53,334 bases of DNA, taken from positions 1 through 53,334 of the forward strand of contig CALKOM010000035.1 in the NCBI GenBank assembly GCA_938091905.1. The letters are read 5' to 3'. The notes beneath the pieces were generated by a model. That model was not told the origin of the DNA. It saw only the letters and a program-made list of their open reading frames with translations, and made no database searches. The stretch's first letter is position 1. Each line of letters begins with the position of its first letter. The translations under genes and the position numbers were made by a program. This DNA comes from an uncultured Verrucomicrobiales bacterium. GTDB taxonomy: Bacteria > Verrucomicrobiota > Verrucomicrobiia > Verrucomicrobiales > DEV007. Positions 10,677 through 19,470 of the stretch are shown here, in pieces.

Positions 10677-10848
10677 AGAACGACGCGGGCAAGGACGGCC
10701 CCAACAGTAGTTGGTGTGATTGCTTCATGTCCCTCCACTAAACGGCAAGGGAGAGATTTGTTGCTCCTAACTGAGAATACCACCAAGTCTCAGCCTTGGC
10801 TGTGAAGTTTTCGTAATGTCAAGACGGTCAATAGAAGCGCTAGGTCTA

Positions 10849-10867
10849 CCTTTCTCGGAGCGAAAGG
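10849..10867. repeat. Short REP-like palindrome CCTTTC-TCGGAGC-GAAAGG
   Basis: Perfect 6-bp inverted repeat in intergenic DNA. From memory it resembles CCTTTCGCGGAGCGAAAGG-type repeats of PVC genomes (not verified). Confidence 0.45.
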
Positions 10868-10954
10868 AAAGGGCTAAGCTATCAGCTCTAGTGTTAGGGA
10901 AGTGTCTCATGCGCCTGAATTGGATTCAAGAAGTTCGCATTTCGGTGTCACGCG

Positions 10955-10975
10955 GATGGCGGACAGGGTGGGATT
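10955..10975 (-). repeat. Direct-repeat copy of the tRNA-Ser 3' end (att-like or tRNA-linked repeat)
   Basis: gatggcggacagggtgggatt at 10955-10975 is identical to 11067-11087. Confidence 0.9.
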
Positions 10976-11068
10976 ATCCTTCGCTTCTCTCAGGCTCTCT
11001 CCGCTTTGCTCCGAGTCGAACGGCGTTCTCATCTAACCTTCGCTTTATCACTTCCCTGCGTTCAGTGA

Positions 11069-11158
11069 TGGCGGACAGGGTGGGATTCGAACCCACGGTA
11101 GAGTTTCCCCTACACACGCTTTCCAAGCGTGCTCCTTAAACCACTCAGACACCTGTCC
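11069..11158 (-). tRNA. tRNA-Ser (anticodon GGA)
   Basis: The reverse complement GGACAGGTGTCTGAGTGGTTTAAGGAGCACGCTTGGAAAGCGTGTGTAGGGGAAACTCTACCGTGGGTTCGAATCCCACCCTGTCCGCCA has an acceptor stem, a CACGC-TTGGAAA-GCGTG anticodon arm, a long variable arm, a GTTCGAATC T-loop and an encoded CCA. Confidence 0.98.
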
Positions 11159-11213
11159 ATTTTTGTTTGAGGTCTCCTTTCAGAAAACAGCGAGCCGCTC
11201 TGTCAGGGGAGGG

Positions 11214-11242
11214 ACCGTGGACTTCACCCTAATCCTTGGCAA
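11214..11242 (-). promoter_or_regulatory. Possible sigma70 promoter for tRNA-Ser
   Basis: On the minus strand TTGCCA-N17-CACGGT lies about 55 nt upstream of the tRNA; the -10 match is weak. Confidence 0.3.
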
Positions 11243-11670
11243 GTGGGATTTTAGGTGGGCGGTAGAGGAGGAGCTAGGGAGGTTGACAATGGTGATCGCA
11301 GAAATTTAAGGAACTCTCTACTTTCTTTGTGATGATCCGATCCTATGAACGAGCTATGATTGTGAATCGAGTTTGCTCGGTTCTATTTGGCGGCACCCGG
11401 GGGTGCCGCGACACAATCTCTATTTTGCCGGCATTCGCGTCTCCCGCGAGCGTGATTCTTTTATTTTAGGGGTTGCTGTGTGACGTTACTTCAGCCTTTG
11501 GTGGCAGGTGGCGCAGAGGTTTTCAGAGTTTGAGGTCTTATGTATTAAAGCGATATTGAAATCCAAGTGTCCTGGTAGATAATCTATTTTGCGCCTGCAT
11601 CCAAGAATCCATAGATTCTAGAAATTAGTTTCATTCGAGCAGATTGCCGCTAGGATGGTCCCACTGAAAG

Positions 11671-12144
11671 ATGATGGAGCTCAATCTTCGAGAAATGCCT
11701 CACTTAGTTGTGGGGTCCTTGATGGAAGTGCACAAGGCTTTGGGGCCAGGCTTACTCGTCGAGGCTTACTGGGTAAGTTTAGCCCATGAGCTGCGCATGC
11801 GAGAGATCATTTTCAAAGAGCGCCACCCCGTTTCTGTGGATTACAAGGGGGCGGAGATCGAGACGGCTTTTGCGATTGATTTCGTGGTGGAGGATATCAT
11901 TGCCCTGCACCTCTATGCCGTGGACACCCTCGAGCAGGTACACAAAGAGCGGCTGAGGAATCATCTGCAACTTTCTGGGTTGGAGGTCGGGTTCATGGTG
12001 AATTTTGACTGTGTTGACTTCCGCAAAGGTGGTCTTAAGCGTCTGATCGTGTCTCCCAATGAGCCGGACATGCCGTGGCGTGGCGTGGACGACGATGATG
12101 AGGATGCTGATAAGGACAACGTGCGTCGGGTTCACGAGTGGTAG
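11671..12144 (+). CDS. GxxExxY family protein (PD-(D/E)xK-like fold), degenerate motifs
   Basis: VHKALGPGLLVEAY...VDYKG...IDFVVED...GFMVNF matches the family pattern, with an acidic C-terminal tail. Confidence 0.8.
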   Translation: MMELNLREMPHLVVGSLMEVHKALGPGLLVEAYWVSLAHELRMREIIFKERHPVSVDYKGAEIETAFAIDFVVEDIIALHLYAVDTLEQVHKERLRNHLQLSGLEVGFMVNFDCVDFRKGGLKRLIVSPNEPDMPWRGVDDDDEDADKDNVRRVHEW

Positions 12145-12197
12145 GGGTGGCCTTCTGAGGTGGACGTGGGCACGGTGTTCGGCTCCAGTGGGCAGTC

Positions 12198-12878
12198 TTG
12201 GCCAAGTCTGCTCTTAAAAAACTCCGTTCGAATCATGGCGCGATTGCCTTCCTTCTGAGTGTGCTGATTCGTGTGCTCCGCACGACGTTGCGTTACGAGA
12301 CGGTCGACCAATGTGGGATCATACGGCAGATGGTCAATGGCCCGGTCATTTGGTTGTTCTGGCACAACAGGATCATTCTTATGATCCATGCGGCGAAGAA
12401 ATTCTGTGGTGATCGGCCTGCGGCCGTGTTGACGAGCCCAAGCGAAGATGGAGAGATTCTTGCCGGCGTGATGAAACGGTTTGAAGCGGAGTCCGTTCGC
12501 GGGTCGTCTAACAAGCGCTCAACGGCGGCTTTAAGAGAAATGGTGCGGGTGGTCAAAGGGGGGACTGACATGTTCATCACGCCAGATGGACCACGTGGGC
12601 CACGCTATCAGTTGCAGGCGGGTGCGGTGAAGCTGGCACAGCTTTCAAAGTGCCCACTCATGCCGGTGCACTTTACCTACAAGAGCGCGTGGACACTAAA
12701 GACGTGGGACGGTTTGGTGATCCCTAGGCCCTTCACAAAGGTTCGGGTGACCTTTGGGGAGCTTGTGGTCGTGGAGCGTGCGGCTGACGAAGCGACTTTG
12801 GAGAGCATCCGCGAAGAACTTCAAATATCGATGACGGCCGAAGCCGAGCGGTCTTGGGAAGAGAATACGAAGAATTAG
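12198..12878 (+). CDS. Lysophospholipid acyltransferase family protein (DUF374-like)
   Basis: FWHNR, SPSEDGEI, VRGSS, TPDGPRGP and WDGLVIPRPF motifs. Confidence 0.85.
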   Translation: MAKSALKKLRSNHGAIAFLLSVLIRVLRTTLRYETVDQCGIIRQMVNGPVIWLFWHNRIILMIHAAKKFCGDRPAAVLTSPSEDGEILAGVMKRFEAESVRGSSNKRSTAALREMVRVVKGGTDMFITPDGPRGPRYQLQAGAVKLAQLSKCPLMPVHFTYKSAWTLKTWDGLVIPRPFTKVRVTFGELVVVERAADEATLESIREELQISMTAEAERSWEENTKN

Positions 12879-15094
12879 GAGGTGGACTCGGTGCCACCGA
12901 GTTCTTCCAAGGCTCCGTCTCCGAGTGCCCTTGGTCCCGTGAGTTGTTCGAAGCGTTCGATGAAGGCATTGAAGTAGCCGTCTTGGCTGGAGCTGCGTCG
13001 GCTCCGTAGGCGGAGCGTCGGTGGGGTTCCTTCCTCAGGTACTTGCGTGTGACTTTCCTCCCAGGTGCCGCCGCGCAGACGGTAAGCCTGCGTGATGAAG
13101 GTCTTCGAGTGATTAAGTTCTAGCGGAGTGCCGTCGGCACGCCAGATGGCCTGCGCTTGCATCCGCCTTCCGGCGCTGGGCTCCATTCCAACGAGTGCGA
13201 GTGAGCGTTTGTTAGTGCCGATCAAGAGCAATGCTTTGAAGTCTTGCTGAAAGGTAATGTCCCCCTCGACACCGCTGACAGGATAGACGAGGTGTAGGCG
13301 TTCGTCGGGTCCTAAATTGGTAAGAAGCGCTTGAGAGACGCGTGGTTCCAGGTGAGGGCGGGGGGCTTCTGGGAGGAGTTGTTCTAACAAGACGTCTCGG
13401 CACCGTTCCTCCGTCTTTTCGATCCAGGGAGCGGGCTTCTCACGGAAATAGGTGGCCGATTCTTCAATGACTTCACTGTTAGGCTCTCTAGGGTAGACTC
13501 CGAGCTGGAGGTCGATTAGGTCTTCGAGGTAAGACTTGGCCACAGATTTCGAGAGTAGGCTGTCTGGATAGTCAAAGACCATGGGAGGAGCTTGACGCAA
13601 CTGGAGTAGACTAGTCGACAGGGCAGCGCCTTCCATAGTGGCGGCAAGACGGGTGGCGCTGAGGTGCTTCTCAGCGGCGTCGAGCTCGAGCATCTTGTGT
13701 CCGAGAAGATAGCTCGAGAGCGAATAGAAGGCGCCTTGAAGTTCTTGGGGCCGATCCACTGAATTGGCGATACCCGTTAGCTGGAGCTTGACGCCGAGTC
13801 GTGTTTCGACACCGCGCTTCCATTTCTCGACACCTTCTGTGGATTCTCTCACATAGAACTCATCGTAATAGCGTTCGAGGCGTTTGGCGACTTGAACGCC
13901 ATCAGCCATGCCGATGACTTCACGTGTGCGGACCTCTTTCGGTTTGGCGCTGAAGCGGTTGGCCATGCAGCGGTAGAGATAGACTCTGTCGTATTCGCTA
14001 TGAAGTGGGAGGCGGCCGATTTCTTTGAGCCCAGCCTCAAGAGATTCGCGCGATGGCGGGAAGGCGTGAACCATTTCAATGAGCTCCGTGGCAAAGATCC
14101 AGTCGGGGTCCCGTTCCCTGAATCCCGCTCCATAGACGGCGGCGGTCTCGCTTCCGACGATGCGAATGGCTTCGTGAAACATGCGCAAGCCGTACTTTTT
14201 AGTGTAGCGTGAGGATATCTTCTTGCCGCTGAGTGATGCGAGTTCGGTGATGGTCCAGCTTAGTCCAAGCGTGATTGGGTTGGCGCCCAAGGCAAAGCGT
14301 CCGAGGAAGATGGCAGGCTTGGCATAGTTCCAGTAGGGGTTCACTTTTTTGTACATGCCATAGTAGTCCATGGCCTTTTTCACAAAGCGGTAGGTCTCAC
14401 GGAGATTCAGCCGCTTTACATCCATGGGCAGTTGTTCTAACTGCACTAGCAATTGCAGAGACACGTTGTGAAGGAAACGGAGCACCTGTTCCATGCTGGT
14501 TTCCAAGAGAGGTTGGTCCGAATTTGGCTGATAGATGCGGGCGACTCCGTCGAAGAGATGCATCACATCTTTGTAGATCTCTTCAGGTTGAAGGGTACCA
14601 TCGACGACATAGCCATTCTCGATGACTTTGTTAAACAAGCGCTCCGACTCGACTTTACAAAAGGCCAAGACTGCGGCTTCGCGTTCGTCGGTTTGTGGAA
14701 CGGCGGCCGCTTCGGACTCGATCGCCTGCGCGTCGAGGTCCCACCAGCCGACGGTTTGGGCAAGTTGATGAGAAAGCTTGTGGCGCCGTTTCTCAAGAGT
14801 GAGGGCTTCTTCCTCGATCTCGGACTTATAAAGTTCGAGCGCGCGTTGCTCGCGGCTTACGAGCTCCCGATCATTCACGAGCTGAGTCTTGGTTTCCTCA
14901 AGCAAGCGATCAGGCTCGCGATCGCGCAGGCGGAACCACCAAGCGCCTGCGCCAGAAAGGCAAGCGCCTAGGATGAGAAGCCAGGTGGAGATCTGGCCGA
15001 GGCCGCCGCTGGCAATCGCGGTGATGAGCACAATGAGTCCGCCCGCCGCTGAGATCAGGGCGGGGCGCACATCGAGGCCCGGTGGCTTCTGCAT
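12875..15094 (-). CDS. Hypothetical membrane-anchored protein with N-terminal coiled coil
   Basis: 739 aa ORF with two N-terminal hydrophobic segments, then a charged heptad-rich stretch; no catalytic motif recognised. Confidence 0.7.
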   Translation of the reverse strand: MQKPPGLDVRPALISAAGGLIVLITAIASGGLGQISTWLLILGACLSGAGAWWFRLRDREPDRLLEETKTQLVNDRELVSREQRALELYKSEIEEEALTLEKRRHKLSHQLAQTVGWWDLDAQAIESEAAAVPQTDEREAAVLAFCKVESERLFNKVIENGYVVDGTLQPEEIYKDVMHLFDGVARIYQPNSDQPLLETSMEQVLRFLHNVSLQLLVQLEQLPMDVKRLNLRETYRFVKKAMDYYGMYKKVNPYWNYAKPAIFLGRFALGANPITLGLSWTITELASLSGKKISSRYTKKYGLRMFHEAIRIVGSETAAVYGAGFRERDPDWIFATELIEMVHAFPPSRESLEAGLKEIGRLPLHSEYDRVYLYRCMANRFSAKPKEVRTREVIGMADGVQVAKRLERYYDEFYVRESTEGVEKWKRGVETRLGVKLQLTGIANSVDRPQELQGAFYSLSSYLLGHKMLELDAAEKHLSATRLAATMEGAALSTSLLQLRQAPPMVFDYPDSLLSKSVAKSYLEDLIDLQLGVYPREPNSEVIEESATYFREKPAPWIEKTEERCRDVLLEQLLPEAPRPHLEPRVSQALLTNLGPDERLHLVYPVSGVEGDITFQQDFKALLLIGTNKRSLALVGMEPSAGRRMQAQAIWRADGTPLELNHSKTFITQAYRLRGGTWEESHTQVPEEGTPPTLRLRSRRSSSQDGYFNAFIERFEQLTGPRALGDGALEELGGTESTS

Positions 15095-15144
15095 GGCGCA
15101 GTTTAGAGGAGATCAGGCCGGTGCGCAGGTGAATTCTGGCGTTT

Positions 15145-16674
15145 CTAACGCTCCCTCAACCCCACTTCTTCAGCCCACTTCTCCCAGAGATCGGCGAGAT
15201 GGCGGGTGACGCCTGCCTGCAAATGGGAAACATCGCGCATCTCGGTTCGATCCTTGGCGATATCGTAGAGCTCCCAGGGGCCACCATGGGAAACAAGCTT
15301 CCACTGATTCTTCCGGATTGCCCGGCCCTTGCGCCACTGCCAGTAGATTGGTTCGGAGCGGGTGAATGGTTGTCCTTCGAGCAGTGGTCGCAAGCTCACG
15401 CCTTGCGACGGTGTGATTGGCTTGCCTTTCCATGATGCAGGATAGTCTGACTGACCTATGTCGCAGAGCGTGGCCATGATATCGATGAGGTGGCTAGGTT
15501 GTCTAACGAGCCCATCAGGCGTATTTATACGACCTGGCCAAGAGACGATGAAGGGTGACGTGATGCCGCCTTCCATGCTGTCGTTTTTGTACTTTCTGAA
15601 AGGCGTATTACTGACATTTGCCCAATCGCGTTTCAACGATGTCCAGCGAGTTATCGAACCAATAGGGCCGTCCCCACGTTCGACAGCAACGGCCGACCCT
15701 CCATTGTCTGAGGCAAAGAAGATAATGGTATTGTCTCGTTTGCCCGTTGAATCCAGTTTGCTGAGGAGCCGACCGATATTCTGATCGAGGCAGTCAATCA
15801 TCGCTGCATAGACTGCCATTCGTAAGTCGGCGTCGTCTTTCTCTGCGTCGTTTAACTTATTCCAGGCAATGGATTCCTGGTCTGACAGAGTCACGTCATT
15901 GCTGAAGATCCCCATGGCTTGCTGTTTGGCCCAGCGCGCCTTGCGTGTCTCTCCGTAGCCAGCACGGTATTTGCCGCGGTACTTTGCGATGTCTTCGGGC
16001 CAAGCTTGCAGAGGATCGTGCGGCGCATTGTAGGAGAGGTAGAGAAAGAACGGCTTTGTTTCGTTTTGATAGTCGTCAAGGTAGCCGAGAGCGGCATCCG
16101 TGAACGCGTCCGTGGTATAGAAGTCTTGCTTTGGTGGTGTGTAAGGCTTGTAGGTAATGTGGTCGATGCACCAGGCGCGTCGTGGACTCTTTTGCGCAGG
16201 CTTACCTTCGCCAACGCGTTGACGTCCGGGGTTGAAATAGTTACACGCTCCATCACGCAGCCCGAAGTAGCGATCAAACCCACGTTCGAAAGGATTTTCT
16301 GTGCCGTGATGTTTGCCAGACATCAACGTGCGGTAGCCTGCGCCTCTAAGGACCTCAGCTAGGGTGACGGCATTTCGCATCTTGCCGTGAGAGCGATGCA
16401 TTTTTGATTGCTGAGCGTAGATGCCTGTGAGCAAGCAGGCGCGACTTGGAAAACACTTCGAGGTGCTGTAGAACTGGGTGAAGCGGAGACCGTCCTTGGC
16501 TAGAGAATCCAAATGAGGAGTGGCTATTTCACTGCCATAGCACCCAAGATCCGAGAATCCCATGTCATCCGCCAGGATAAAGACGATGTTAGGTTTAGTG
16601 TTCGCGAGGCCGATGATTGCGGTGAGTAGGAGCGCGGCCAAGAAGAGCACGGCACGGTCAATCATCGTCATCAA
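15145..16674 (-). CDS. Arylsulfatase (formylglycine-dependent)
   Basis: Signal peptide; PNIVFILADDMG; CFPSRACLLTG; GKHH; APHDP; SDNG; WELYD. Confidence 0.92.
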   Translation of the reverse strand: MMTMIDRAVLFLAALLLTAIIGLANTKPNIVFILADDMGFSDLGCYGSEIATPHLDSLAKDGLRFTQFYSTSKCFPSRACLLTGIYAQQSKMHRSHGKMRNAVTLAEVLRGAGYRTLMSGKHHGTENPFERGFDRYFGLRDGACNYFNPGRQRVGEGKPAQKSPRRAWCIDHITYKPYTPPKQDFYTTDAFTDAALGYLDDYQNETKPFFLYLSYNAPHDPLQAWPEDIAKYRGKYRAGYGETRKARWAKQQAMGIFSNDVTLSDQESIAWNKLNDAEKDDADLRMAVYAAMIDCLDQNIGRLLSKLDSTGKRDNTIIFFASDNGGSAVAVERGDGPIGSITRWTSLKRDWANVSNTPFRKYKNDSMEGGITSPFIVSWPGRINTPDGLVRQPSHLIDIMATLCDIGQSDYPASWKGKPITPSQGVSLRPLLEGQPFTRSEPIYWQWRKGRAIRKNQWKLVSHGGPWELYDIAKDRTEMRDVSHLQAGVTRHLADLWEKWAEEVGLRER

Positions 16675-16915
16675 AGCTGATGATACCTGCCGTTTCTTCT
16701 TCGCGCTCCGGGTTGCGACCCAACAGGAACGAGAAGAGGAAGATGAGGCCGAGAAATACCAGCAGTTCGCCCGTCATGGGAGTGCCCGACGGTTCCAGCC
16801 CGTAGGCCATCGCCACGGCAACCCCCAACCAAACTACGGAGGCGACAAAGTAGCGAAATCGGAGCCAATTCATGAGGGGAAAACGTAGCGACCGAGGCGC
16901 TTTTCGCAAACTCAT
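16658..16915 (-). CDS. Small two-TM membrane protein
   Basis: 85 aa with two hydrophobic segments; overlaps the fur stop (ATGA) and the sulfatase start, suggesting an operon. Confidence 0.55.
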   Translation of the reverse strand: MSLRKAPRSLRFPLMNWLRFRYFVASVVWLGVAVAMAYGLEPSGTPMTGELLVFLGLIFLFSFLLGRNPEREEETAGIISFDDDD

Positions 16916-17388
16916 TCAGTGCAGGCAGGGCAAACCCCAAAGAATTCGAGCTCATGACGCAGGCTTTTCCAGCCGAAATCAGCCATGATCTGTTGCTCGA
17001 CTTTGGCTAGCGTGCAGGCGAGGGGAACTTCGGTCACCGTGCCGCAGCATTCGCAGAGCAGGTAGTCGTGATGGTGCCCCGGAACGACGAGTTGGAAGTG
17101 ACTGACGCGACCTGCGAGATTGAGCTGCCGGACCTTGCCGACTTCTTTTAGCTTGGTCACCAGCCGGTAGATGGTGGCCTGATCGCGGTCGCGCAAGGCG
17201 GGGATTTCGGAGAGTTCTGCCAGGGTGAACGGAAGGTGGCGCAACATCATCGCTCGTAAAAGATCGACCAATGCGCCAGTGCGACGAAACCCCAGACTGC
17301 GGAGTTCTTCAACCATCGCTTCGACGAGGGATCCCGTCTCCTTTTGGGAGAGCGAGCAATTGTCGTGAGAGTGGTCGTGTCCGGCCAT
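16912..17388 (-). CDS. fur: Fur-family metalloregulator (Zur-like)
   Basis: GFRRT...ATIYR helix-turn-helix region; HHHDYLLCECCG and HELEFFGVCPAC metal motifs; His-rich N-terminus GHDHSHD. Confidence 0.88.
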   Translation of the reverse strand: MAGHDHSHDNCSLSQKETGSLVEAMVEELRSLGFRRTGALVDLLRAMMLRHLPFTLAELSEIPALRDRDQATIYRLVTKLKEVGKVRQLNLAGRVSHFQLVVPGHHHDYLLCECCGTVTEVPLACTLAKVEQQIMADFGWKSLRHELEFFGVCPACTE

Positions 17389-17535
17389 CGGTTAGGCGTG
17401 AGATTCGACGCAAGGACGCCGCCTTCGTAGCATGCGGACGACTCTATACTTCGGTCTGATGAGAAAAGCGATCACAAAGACTAAGCCCGATCCTGTGAGC
17501 TGATCCAGCCAGCAGGATATGGGAGGTGTGCCAAG

Positions 17536-17552
17536 TTGCAATCTGTTTACAA
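17536..17552. promoter_or_regulatory. Candidate Fur-family operator TTGCAA-N5-TTACAA
   Basis: Near-perfect inverted repeat about 150 bp upstream of the fur start in an AT-rich intergenic region. Confidence 0.35.
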
Positions 17553-17625
17553 TAAAAACTTTGATCGAAGAAAGGAAGATTCTTTCGTAACGTCTGTTTC
17601 GGAATTTTTCAGGTAGCCCTCAGAT

Positions 17626-19080
17626 ATGAATACCAACTCTACCTGCCCTCAATGCCAAGCGCCCATACCGGAGAAGGCGCCGCGTGGTCTTTGCCCACGT
17701 TGTTTGATGGATGGTGCCCTTTCCGGCGAGCCTCAGGCCAGTCCGCCGCCGCCGCTGCCCTCCGTCCCAGCCATTGAAGCTGTCTTCCCGCAGCTCGAAG
17801 TTCTGGAGCCGCTCGGTGCTGGAGGCATGGGGCGCGTATACAGGGCGCGCGTATACAGGGCGCGCCAAACGCACCTTGATCGCATCGTCGCCTTGAAAGT
17901 TCTGCCTCCTGAGCTAGCGCGGGATCCCGCCTTTGCAGAACGCTTTGCGGGGGAGGCACGTGCGTTGGCTCGGCTCAATCACCCAAATATCGTGCAATGT
18001 TATGATTTTGGGCGGTCGAGCTCAGCGGAGGATGGTGAGTCCTATTTCTACCTTCTGTTAGAGTTTGTCGATGGCGTGAATCTTCGTCAGAGCATGCGCA
18101 CGGAAGCGTTGACTTCGCGGGAGGCGTTAGGCATTGTGCCCCGTCTTTGTGATGCTCTGAACTACGCGCATGAGCAGGGCGTGCTTCATCGTGACATCAA
18201 GCCCGAGAATATCCTCATTGATAAACAGGGCCGTGTGAAGATTGCCGACTTTGGATCGGCTCGTTTTCAGAAAGAAGGGGATACCGATGCGATGACGCTT
18301 ACATGGCGCCTGAACAGATCGAAAAGCCCCATGATGTCGATCACCGGGCGGATATCTACAGTCTAGGGGTTGTCTTCTACTGAATGCTCACAGGTGAACT
18401 TCCGTTAGGGAGATTCGCGCCTCCGAGTGAGACTCAAGGGGTGGATCCTCGCTTGGACAACGTGGTCTTTCGAACCCTAGAGAAACAAGTGGACGAGCGC
18501 TATCAGAGTGCGGGAGAAGTTCAAACTCAGGTCGAGACCATTGCCGGATCGGCCACTCCAAATGCGGATGCCGCCTTCTCGAAGGCGACGCCTGAGCCCA
18601 GTGACAATGCGCTTAAGGAAGATGCGGCTCTGGCCTTTCCGCCTTCGTGGACCACGGCTGTGAACTGGATTTTGAGGCAGCCGTTTCTCTTTCAGCGTGG
18701 CGTCCTGAGGTTAGAGGAGGGCCAGTTCGTCTACGTATCTTCCAAGGCGACCTTAGCCATTCCGTTAGCATCTATTGGTGAAGTGTCGCTGGCTCCACTT
18801 TCGTTCAGTGTCGAACCTCTTGCGCGCTGTCCTGTGAACATCCGCTGGCGTGATGCTAGCAAGCGCCAGCAGGTGACAAGCTTCCTGTTAGGCTCTAGTT
18901 CGTGGGCGACTAGGCTTCCGCTGGAACAGGGGAATACAGATAGTTGGGTTAGGGCGATTCGTGAGGCGGTCAAAACGAAGACGGGAACAGAACCATCTTG
19001 TGCGCACGATGTTGATCTGACGGCAGAGCAAGTGACTCCACCATTGCCGACTCTCTCAAGGCACCCGGCTCGGACTCGAG
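17626..19080 (+). pseudogene. Ser/Thr protein kinase pseudogene
   Basis: CPQC..CPRC, LGAGGMG, VALK, HRDIKPEN and DFG are present. Lesions: a 15-nt duplication at 17833-17862 (RVYRARVYRAR), a deletion/frameshift near 18300 removing the GTP part of the activation loop (YMAPEQ resumes in another frame), and a TGA at 18381-18383 where YEML is expected. The 3' boundary is approximate. Confidence 0.85.
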
Positions 19081-19087
19081 CTTGCCA

Positions 19088-19429
19088 GGAATCCAAGTGG
19101 CGAATGAGAAGGCGGTCCCGCCGGACGAAGCCTTTGATCGTCTTTGGGCAAATGCGGTGCTCGCGCGTTCGCCTCGAAGCTGACTGTGTGTCTGAAGGCA
19201 AGGCGAAGCAGTTCGAGATCCTGCAGCCTTGGCTTGCGGGCGGTGCAGATCGACCACAAGCAGATGCCGCGTTCGAGCTAAGCATGAGCGAGTCTGCCGT
19301 GCGCGTTGCCATTCACCGCATGCGGCAGCGTTTCCGTAAAGCGGTCTTGGGGGAACTCGCTCAGACGGTGGCCCAGACATTCCAGTTCAGGAAGAGATGC
19401 AGCACCTCTTTGCAGCACTCAGCCGCTGA
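19088..19429 (+). pseudogene. C-terminal remnant of an ECF sigma factor
   Basis: Across frames it reads PDEAFDRLWANAVL / RLEADC..GKAKQFEILQPWL..ELSMSESAVRVAIHRMRQRFR..ELAQTV / VQEEMQHLFAALSR*, which parallels PERLFDREWA...MTENAVRVAAHRLRSRY...IREEIRYLFEALTS in the ECF at 38074-38811. Confidence 0.75.
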
Positions 19430-19470
19430 AGGTGTTTGCCCTCGTAGGCGATCGCGGACACACTTGACGC

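Noticed and set aside
10955..11087. attL/attR of an intact integrative element
   Set aside because: The repeats are only 112 bp apart and no integrase is present; kept only as a tRNA-linked repeat or scar.
11283..11311. Sigma70 promoter from a perfect TTGACA
   Set aside because: There is no convincing -10 hexamer at 16-18 bp spacing.
18381..18383. In-frame TGA in the kinase as a third selenocysteine
   Set aside because: It falls at the conserved Glu of YEML rather than a Cys site, and the gene has several other lesions.
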